Shown: positions 18,538 to 24,444 of the stretch, in pieces | Numbering within the stretch: position 1 is the first letter of the stretch | Layout of the letters: each line of letters opens with the position of its first letter | Assembly: GCA_031552145.1 (NCBI GenBank) | Contig: JAVBMV010000007.1 | Location: forward strand, 34,486-98,485 | Origin: Myxococcales bacterium | GTDB taxonomy: Bacteria; Myxococcota; Myxococcia; Myxococcales; UBA5297 | Direction of reading: 5' to 3' | Length of the DNA stretch: 64,000 nt | The notes under the pieces: generated by a model | Database searches by the model: none | Seen by the model: only the letters and a program-made list of their open reading frames with translations | Told to the model about the DNA's origin: nothing | Position numbers and translations under genes: made by a program

Positions 18538-18585
18538 AGGCCGCAATCTCGGGCTCTAACCTCTCGAAATTGCGGCCTTTTCTCT
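18538..18585 (-). terminator. Rho-independent terminator immediately 3' of the displaced tRNA-Pro fragment
   Basis: The minus strand reads AGGCCGCAAT-(21 nt loop)-ATTGCGGCCT followed by CTTTTTT. The stem is a perfect 10 bp. Confidence 0.6.
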
Positions 18586-18630
18586 AGTCAGGGAGACAGG
18601 ATTTGAACCAGCGACCCCTTGGACCCGAAC
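18586..18630 (-). repeat. Displaced 3' fragment of tRNA-Pro; island-distal att direct repeat
   Basis: agtcagggagacaggatttgaaccagcgaccccttggacccgaac matches 24197-24241 at 43/45 positions. That span covers the 3' 43 nt of the intact tRNA-Pro. Confidence 0.85.
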
Positions 18631-18821
18631 GCGCCCGAGAGGCTTGGGAAGGAGTGGCAGGGGATGGCACGGTTTCGCAAGCAGCGGATATTGCTGGGGA
18701 TGCGAAGCAGGAGAAGGCAACAGGAAGAGGCCGTGCCACGCGGTCCGAGGCAGGATTTGGTCCAACTGTGGTCCAAGGGTCGCGGGCGATCCGAGGGCTG
18801 AAGACGCTGCCGGAGCTGCTC

Positions 18822-18992
18822 TTGTCGGTGGGCGAGGTGGCCGAGTCGTTGGGACTGTGTCGGGCGACGGTGTACCGGCTTTGCGAGGACGGGGAGCTGA
18901 GGCACTCGCGAGTTGGAAATTCGATCCGGATCGCAGCGGCGGACGTGAGGACTCTCCTTGAGGAGAGCGGAAAGGGAGGTGGGCGAAAGTGA
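18822..18992 (+). CDS. Excisionase-family/HTH_17 DNA-binding protein (start uncertain; a TTG at 18822 is proposed)
   Basis: ...SVGEVAESLGLCRATVYRLCEDGELRHSRVGNSIRIAAADVRTLL... It lies at the island end next to the att repeat. Confidence 0.6.
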   Translation: MSVGEVAESLGLCRATVYRLCEDGELRHSRVGNSIRIAAADVRTLLEESGKGGGRK

Positions 18993-19202
18993 TGGGCTTG
19001 GGGTTGCGGGGATGGTAGAATCCGTCCCTGACGACGTTCTCGGAGGCATCTTGCTTTCGTTGGTACCACTACTCATGTCAACCCTGACCACTTGGCGCGC
19101 AGTGGCCAGTGAGCCGTCGACCACGCACTCGGCAGAGAGAGGCCGACTCGACCTCCTAGGCAACTCCCGGATTCTCCTGGGGTGCGGAGCCGGAGCCCTA
19201 AC

Positions 19203-19223
19203 GTCGAGGGGCTCGACTTTTTT
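19203..19223 (+). terminator. Short hairpin plus T6, about 85 nt upstream of the deaminase start codon
   Basis: GTCGAG-GGG-CTCGAC followed by TTTTTT. Confidence 0.4.
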
Positions 19224-19306
19224 CTCAAGTAATCTCACTGCTGGAGAAATTTTTGGCGACCGACATTTCGCCAAGGCATTGACTACACCGGAAAGGTATT
19301 CCCCCT

Positions 19307-20878
19307 ATGTCTGCTCTGCCTGCTAGTACTATCCAGTCTTCCCGGGATTCGAGAACGACAGTAAACGAATTTCGTTCAAATCTGTTAGTGATTGGGATGG
19401 TGGGTCCAATTGGAGCAGGCGTGACAACGACCGCGCAGGCCCTAAAGACGAGGCTGAGCAATCCGGAAATTGCCCCCGACTTTAAATTTGATGTTCAAGT
19501 CATCAAGGCGAGCGATTGTATAAGGGAGTGGGCGGGCGATATTGGCGATGACAATATGGGATCGGTGGAGCGTCGGATGCGGTTTCAGGCGCTCGGGAAT
19601 AAGATGCGTTCTAAGGACCCTGCTGCCTTGGCCGCTCGTTTGTTTCTGAGAATTCATGAGCCAATAGAGACGGCGCCAAGACGAGCGTACATTCTGGATT
19701 CTCTGAAGAACCCAATAGAGATAAATTTCCTTAGAACAATATTTGGCAGTTCCTTTTTTGTTGTCGGCGTCATGTGTGCCTCCGAGCGCATTGTAGAGCG
19801 ATTGAGCGCAAAGTTTGGCGAAGAGGAAAGAAAGCGAAAGGGCGGAAAGATCGTAAGTCGAGCGTCGATAGAAGAGCTGTGTGAGCGGGACGTAAAACCA
19901 CAAGATCCTAAGGCCAAGCATTCGCAGAGGATGGCAGATGCGTTGGAGTTATCCGACTATTTTATTGACAACTCCGTTGAGCATCAACCGAGAAACAGTC
20001 TGGGGCTCATAGCAGGTGCCGAGCTTGATCGGTTCTGCTCAATAATCAGAAACGAAGACATTAGACGCCCAACGGAATCAGAAAGCGCGATGCATGCAGC
20101 ATATTCCGCGAAACACCGTAGCTCCTGTCTGTCAAGACAGGTTGGAGCCGCGCTCATAAACTCAGATGGCGATATTGTTGCCACAGGGACGAACGAGGCC
20201 CCCTGTTCGACGGGCGGCGTGTATCGAGAGGGGCGAAATTGTTGCGTCAAAAACAAGTTTGGGAGGTGCTTCGAGCGAGGTGAGGGGCAATGTCAAAGCG
20301 AAAAAATGCGAGGTGAGATTATAAATGAAGCAATAGCAGGGCTCGAGCTACCAGAAGGCAGCTCGGTGGACGCCATTAAAACGGTGTTGAATGACAGTGG
20401 AATCAAAGCTCTTACGGAGTTTGGCAGGGCTGTTCATGCCGAAATGGATGCGGTGCTTTGCGCTGCTAGGCTAGGGGTTAAGACCGGCGGAACTCGCATG
20501 TATGTCACCACATTCCCATGCCATACCTGTGCTCGCCATATCGTTGCAGCTGGTGTTTGGGAGGTTCAGTACATTGAGCCGTATTCGAAAAGCAAAGCAT
20601 TGGAGCTTCACAGTGATGCAATTGTGTGTGGGTTAGATCGCCCAGCAGATCGAAAACAGGTGCTGTTTAGGCCATTTTCCGGTGTTGCTCCTAGGTTTTA
20701 CGAGCGCGCTTTCGCGTTGCAGGCTGGCATTAAAGACGAGTCCGGATATTACAAAATCCAAGAACCCGAATGGGGAGAGAAGTGGAACTCTTTGCTCAAT
20801 GTTGACCTTCCAACATTGCGCGATGAAATCGGAAGGTCTCTAAGGGGTTGCCAGGAAGAAGAGTCGAGGGAGTCATGA
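19307..20878 (+). CDS. P-loop-kinase-like / deoxycytidylate (CDA-fold) deaminase fusion, anti-phage dCTP deaminase (DcdV/DCD) type
   Basis: The N-terminus has the Gly-rich loop LLVIGMVGPIGAGVTTTA. The C-terminus has ...SSCLSRQVGAALINSDGDIVATGTNE..., the zinc ligand motifs ...RAVHAEMDAV... (HAE) and ...TTFPCHTCARHIV... (PCxxC). GC is low, about 45-50% by eye. Confidence 0.85.
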   Translation: MSALPASTIQSSRDSRTTVNEFRSNLLVIGMVGPIGAGVTTTAQALKTRLSNPEIAPDFKFDVQVIKASDCIREWAGDIGDDNMGSVERRMRFQALGNKMRSKDPAALAARLFLRIHEPIETAPRRAYILDSLKNPIEINFLRTIFGSSFFVVGVMCASERIVERLSAKFGEEERKRKGGKIVSRASIEELCERDVKPQDPKAKHSQRMADALELSDYFIDNSVEHQPRNSLGLIAGAELDRFCSIIRNEDIRRPTESESAMHAAYSAKHRSSCLSRQVGAALINSDGDIVATGTNEAPCSTGGVYREGRNCCVKNKFGRCFERGEGQCQSEKMRGEIINEAIAGLELPEGSSVDAIKTVLNDSGIKALTEFGRAVHAEMDAVLCAARLGVKTGGTRMYVTTFPCHTCARHIVAAGVWEVQYIEPYSKSKALELHSDAIVCGLDRPADRKQVLFRPFSGVAPRFYERAFALQAGIKDESGYYKIQEPEWGEKWNSLLNVDLPTLRDEIGRSLRGCQEEESRES

Positions 20879-21795
20879 GCCGGTCTCGAACAATATTTGA
20901 ACTGATTAATGGAGAAGGCGGGGTGAATCGTGAAGGCAAGAATACGATTCATTGCAAGCCTAGCCTTTTGGAGGAACGCGACGGCCTGGAAGTATCAGGG
21001 TCTTGTGTAGATGACTCGTCCTTCACGCTCCCCACTCCTGAGTCTGAGTCGCTGAGGAACAGTTCCCGTTCGCCATTTCCGAGGACCTCCGAAGTCACAT
21101 TGTCAGAGAAGGCCGCATGGTGCTCAGGGGGGGGGCTAAAAGCGCCGGAAGAATGCCCCTGGTCCAATGACCTCGTGACAATAGCCTCGGTGTCCGTGGA
21201 CGGCAATAGCCTACCTCCGCGATTTGGCAAAGACCTAAGTTTGGATCGCGCTTTGCCGCCAGGTGTTACAATGCTTCCTGTGCCTGCTCTAGCTCAACCA
21301 AAAGTTGCTCCTGAATTGAGGCAGGGGCATTTATTTCCTGAGTATTTTATAAACCGGGCGTGGGTTGTGTTTGCTCCCAGTATGCGTGGGCATGACATTT
21401 TTAGCCTGTTCGAGCGTGACGAGACTGCTCATGTGTTTGACGTTAGGGTGCTTCGACGATTTGATTTTGCTCCTTGGCGGAGGGAAAACTGGGAGAAGAT
21501 TTCCGAGGATTTCAAAATTAAATACTACGGCGTTGTGGGCAGAGAAAAGGCCCGCGATTGGAACGACCGATGGCTCCTGTCTCAAGAAGCAAGGGGGCTC
21601 TTGTCGAAATTGTTGAGCGATGTGAAGACAGCGCGATCTGTTGTGTTTTTGGTGGACGACCGCTATGACTTCAGGATTGCGAGGCTTCTTCTTCCCGGCG
21701 CGCTGCCTCCGCCCCCTCCTTTGTGCAGATGGGAGGTCCTGTCAGTTGAATCGCCCGAGGATTTGGAGCGCACCATGTCCTTGTATTTGCGATGA
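20875..21795 (+). CDS. Uncharacterised protein translationally coupled to the deaminase (S/P/E-rich N-terminal half plus a ~170-aa C-terminal domain)
   Basis: The ATG at 20875 overlaps the deaminase TGA (gtcATGAgc). An alternative TTG at 20848 would give a 31-nt overlap. The C-terminal domain reads ...FINRAWVVFAPSMRGHDIFSLFERDETAHVFDVRVLRRFDFAPWRRENWEKISEDFKIKYYGVVGREKARDW... I do not recognise a family. Confidence 0.6.
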   Translation: MSRSRTIFELINGEGGVNREGKNTIHCKPSLLEERDGLEVSGSCVDDSSFTLPTPESESLRNSSRSPFPRTSEVTLSEKAAWCSGGGLKAPEECPWSNDLVTIASVSVDGNSLPPRFGKDLSLDRALPPGVTMLPVPALAQPKVAPELRQGHLFPEYFINRAWVVFAPSMRGHDIFSLFERDETAHVFDVRVLRRFDFAPWRRENWEKISEDFKIKYYGVVGREKARDWNDRWLLSQEARGLLSKLLSDVKTARSVVFLVDDRYDFRIARLLLPGALPPPPPLCRWEVLSVESPEDLERTMSLYLR

Positions 21796-22024
21796 AAGCA
21801 CGATGCTTCTCCGCGTTGCTTTGCTATGTTGAATGGTTGAATCAAGTGGCGAGGTTTCGACGGAGAGCGCTGGCCGTTCTGGCCCGGTTGTCCTCGTCGC
21901 GGGAGTGGCGATCTCGGGGGATCACTAACCCGGGCCAAAGGACCTTGATGAGGTCCGATGGATGCGACGTTGACCGTAAATAACCACGGCCGATGGATCG
22001 AGACTCCTGTCAAAATGGTATTAG

Positions 22025-22684
22025 TCACGCAAATGTGTCGCATGTGGGGCAGTAGAAGTTCCCTCGATGTTTTGTCTTTAGCGGTGTTTTGCTCATTGGG
22101 CCACAGCAGTTGCTGCATCGGGGAGGCGGCAAATATCTGGACGTAAGGTTTCCGTCGTACGGCTTTGTATTTTCGCCTGCTTGTTTTGATGGGGCGGGCC
22201 CCTTCAGTAACGACGGAAGGATTTCGAGAAATTCATCACGTCGTTCGCTCCAACGCGCAGTGGGAAGCGGCTTCGGAACCGGCAGGCGCTCAGTGATAGC
22301 GTAGTGGAGGTCATCAAGACCACTGTTCGTCTCGATCTTTAATGCTTGCATGCCTGCGAGCACCGCTTTCATATTCGAATAACTTACTGGAGGAACGATT
22401 ACGGGGATGAAATCTTTCGATGCAAACCAGGCGCCCCCAAGCTCGCACATGCAGAATGGGCTTTGGTAAAAGTCGTCAGACACGAGTGCGAGGACGAGCG
22501 TGGAGTCCCCCAGAGTCTCCTTGATGTACGACTTGAAGTCCTTGCCCGGCGGGATCCCCTGTCCTTTCGTAGACGAGCAAAATATTTCGCTCGGGGGGAC
22601 GCCAATTCCGCCTTCCAGCAACTTGGTGAATTCGGTCACGAGACGTTTGTCTTCCGACGCGTGACTGATGAAGAGCTTCGCCAT
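22025..22684 (-). CDS. TIR-domain protein with a C-terminal CxxC...CxxC zinc ribbon
   Basis: The ATG at 22684 is preceded by AGGAGG and gives MAKLFISHASEDKRLV... ...DDFYQSPFCMCELGGAW... contains the conserved TIR Glu. The C-terminus reads ...RCSNCCGPMSK...FYCPTCDTFA. An extended -10 (TGATATGAT) lies at 22717-22725 on the minus strand. Confidence 0.8.
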   Translation of the reverse strand: MAKLFISHASEDKRLVTEFTKLLEGGIGVPPSEIFCSSTKGQGIPPGKDFKSYIKETLGDSTLVLALVSDDFYQSPFCMCELGGAWFASKDFIPVIVPPVSYSNMKAVLAGMQALKIETNSGLDDLHYAITERLPVPKPLPTARWSERRDEFLEILPSLLKGPAPSKQAGENTKPYDGNLTSRYLPPPRCSNCCGPMSKTPLKTKHRGNFYCPTCDTFA

Positions 22685-22856
22685 GTGGTCCTCCTGCAAT
22701 GAACGTTGGTCGCTCGATCATATCAGAACTAGGCAGCGCTTCGGGTCGGAATCGCACAGGGTACGCTCCTTGACCTGCCCCCAGGAAGAAGGTCCGTTGA
22801 AAATGTGAGAGACTGGGCTCCTAGAGGAGCCTGAGATGAAGAAGAGTCTGACCTGC

Positions 22857-22950
22857 CCCCGCACCCTGCACAGAGGTCCACCTTCGAGCCGCACGGCAGG
22901 CGCTGCTGCGCCGCGCGCTACGAGGCAATTTGCGCGCCGAGGAGCGGCGC
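22857..22950. repeat. Right copy of the 94-bp inverted repeat (IS66 3' end: last ~10 codons ...APLLGAQIAS* on the minus strand plus downstream sequence)
   Basis: Matches the reverse complement of 18079-18172 at 88/94 positions. Confidence 0.85.
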
Positions 22951-23041
22951 AGCGCCGCCCTGGTGTGACGTAGCCGTGCCCGAGAAGAATGGTGCTCGAT
23001 GACCGTCTCGACTGCGGCCTCTGAGTGCCGGGGCTAGCTCG

Positions 23042-24082
23042 TTACGGCTCCTCCTCCCTCTTCTTGGGGCGCTTCGACTCGATGCGCTTCACCTCAGCCT
23101 CGAAGTCGCTCTCGAACTCACGGTCCTGGCGCACGCGAAACTTGTCGTACTGCTCCTCGGCGAGGCGCTTGGCCACCTCCGCGGAGACCTTGCCGGCGTT
23201 CACGAGCACCTCGTACTCGTTGAACTGCAGGAACGCGTCCAGCTTCGCGACCCAGTTCGCCATCTTCATCGGGATCTGCCGCGCGGCCTGGTTCTCGGCG
23301 TAGTCGAGGTACATCGACACGATGCGCTCGAGCCCCTTGATCTCGCGCTCGATCAGGTAGTTCTTGGCGACGCTGACGTCGCTCTTGAGGATCTTCCCCT
23401 TGGGTGCGTTCTTCCACGTTGTGAGCCCCATCGAGGGCTTCTCGGCGTCAGCGCGCTCGGCGATCAGCTCCGCGGCGGTCTTGCCCGTGACCGCCCAGTG
23501 CAGCTTGTTCTGCACCGTCTTGAAGAACGTCTGCGTCGTCTCGGCCTGCTTGTCGTAGTCGACGCTGCACTGCTCGTAGATGTCGGTGATCTTCAGGTAG
23601 AACCGCCGCTCGCTGGCGCGGATCTCCCGGATCCGCTCGAGCAACTCGTCAAAGTAGTCCCTGCCGAAGCGCTTGTTCAGCTTGAGCCGCTCGTCGTCGA
23701 GGACGTAGCCCTTGACGATGAACTCGCGCAGTGTCTGGGTCGCCCATATGCGGAACTGGGTGGCCTGCGTGCTGTTGACGCGGTAGCCAACCGAGATGAT
23801 CGCGTCGAGATTGTAGAACTCGATCTCGCGCCTAACATCGCGATTTCCCTCGCGTTGAACCCTCCAAATTCTTTGGAGAGTTGCCTCCGGGTTCAGCTCC
23901 CCCGAGGCGTAGACCTCCTTCAGATGGTAGCTGACGGTGCGGATGTCGACGCCGAACAGCTCGGCCATGCGCCGCTGGTCGAGCCAGAAGGTCTCGGACT
24001 CGTAGAGCACCTCGACGCGCACGGCGTCATCGGCGGTGCGGTAGAGGATCAGCTCGCCTTCCTGCGAGGTCTGGTCGGTCAT
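23042..24082 (-). CDS. RhuM-family (virulence/Fic-related) protein
   Basis: The internal ATG at 24082 gives MTDQTSQEGELILYRTADDAVRVEVLYESETFWLDQRRMAELFGVDIRTVSYHLKEVY...NLDAIISVGYRVNSTQATQFRIWATQTLREFIVKGYVLDDERLK.... The longer track ORF reads through the tRNA and is not real. Confidence 0.85.
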   Translation of the reverse strand: MTDQTSQEGELILYRTADDAVRVEVLYESETFWLDQRRMAELFGVDIRTVSYHLKEVYASGELNPEATLQRIWRVQREGNRDVRREIEFYNLDAIISVGYRVNSTQATQFRIWATQTLREFIVKGYVLDDERLKLNKRFGRDYFDELLERIREIRASERRFYLKITDIYEQCSVDYDKQAETTQTFFKTVQNKLHWAVTGKTAAELIAERADAEKPSMGLTTWKNAPKGKILKSDVSVAKNYLIEREIKGLERIVSMYLDYAENQAARQIPMKMANWVAKLDAFLQFNEYEVLVNAGKVSAEVAKRLAEEQYDKFRVRQDREFESDFEAEVKRIESKRPKKREEEP

Positions 24083-24145
24083 ATCGTGCTCCGTGCGAGG
24101 CGCTGGTCCAGCCACCAGACGGCCACGGGATCGAAGGCGGTGGAC

Positions 24146-24192
24146 CGGACATAAAGAAAGCCCCCGAAATCCTGAATGATTTCGAGGGCTTC
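24146..24192 (-). terminator. Rho-independent terminator 3' of the intact tRNA-Pro
   Basis: The minus strand reads GAAGCCCTCGAAATC-ATTCAG-GATTTCGGGGGCTTTC followed by TTTAT. Confidence 0.6.
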
Positions 24193-24196
24193 CCTC

Positions 24197-24241
24197 AGTC
24201 GGGGAGACAGGATTTGAACCTGCGACCCCTTGGACCCGAAC
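24197..24241 (-). repeat. tRNA-proximal att direct repeat (within tRNA-Pro)
   Basis: Identical to 18586-18630 at 43/45 positions. Confidence 0.85.
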
Positions 24242-24272
24242 CAAGTGCTCTACCAGGCTGAGCCACTCCCCG
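24199..24272 (-). tRNA. tRNA-Pro (anticodon CGG), CCA not encoded
   Basis: The reverse complement folds as a cloverleaf: CGGGGAG-TG-GCTC-AGCCTGGTA-GAGC-A-CTTGG-TTCGGGT-CCAAG-GGGTC-GCAGG-TTCAAAT-CCTGT-CTCCCCG-A. Anticodon-loop positions 34-36 are CGG. Confidence 0.9.
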
Positions 24273-24444
24273 ATTGCTGCTTTTCCACTCGCTGGCTAGG
24301 CACTCCAACGGCAAGTCCCTTCACGAGCGAGGGCGATGGTCTACAGCGCAGGCCCAAGGGTGTCAACTCGGGTCGCTCGCTCGCCCCGCGACCCTCCCTT
24401 TTCTTGCGGTGGCCGCCGCGCCGCCGTTAGGGTCGCCTCTGCCC

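Noticed and set aside
18631-24196. I looked for an integrase or recombinase gene inside the tRNA-Pro island, expected next to the tRNA.
   Set aside because: No ORF in any frame shows tyrosine-recombinase (R..H..R..Y) or serine-recombinase signatures. ORFs 18588..19274(-) and 18958..19326(+) look non-coding. The absence is reported within the island finding rather than as a feature.
23042-24244. The N-terminal extension of the RhuM ORF (MVRVQGVAGSNPVS...) and the similar ORF 18556..18765(-).
   Set aside because: The shared peptide is just a translation of the tRNA-Pro T-arm and acceptor sequence and of its displaced copy. The real rhuM start is the ATG at 24082.
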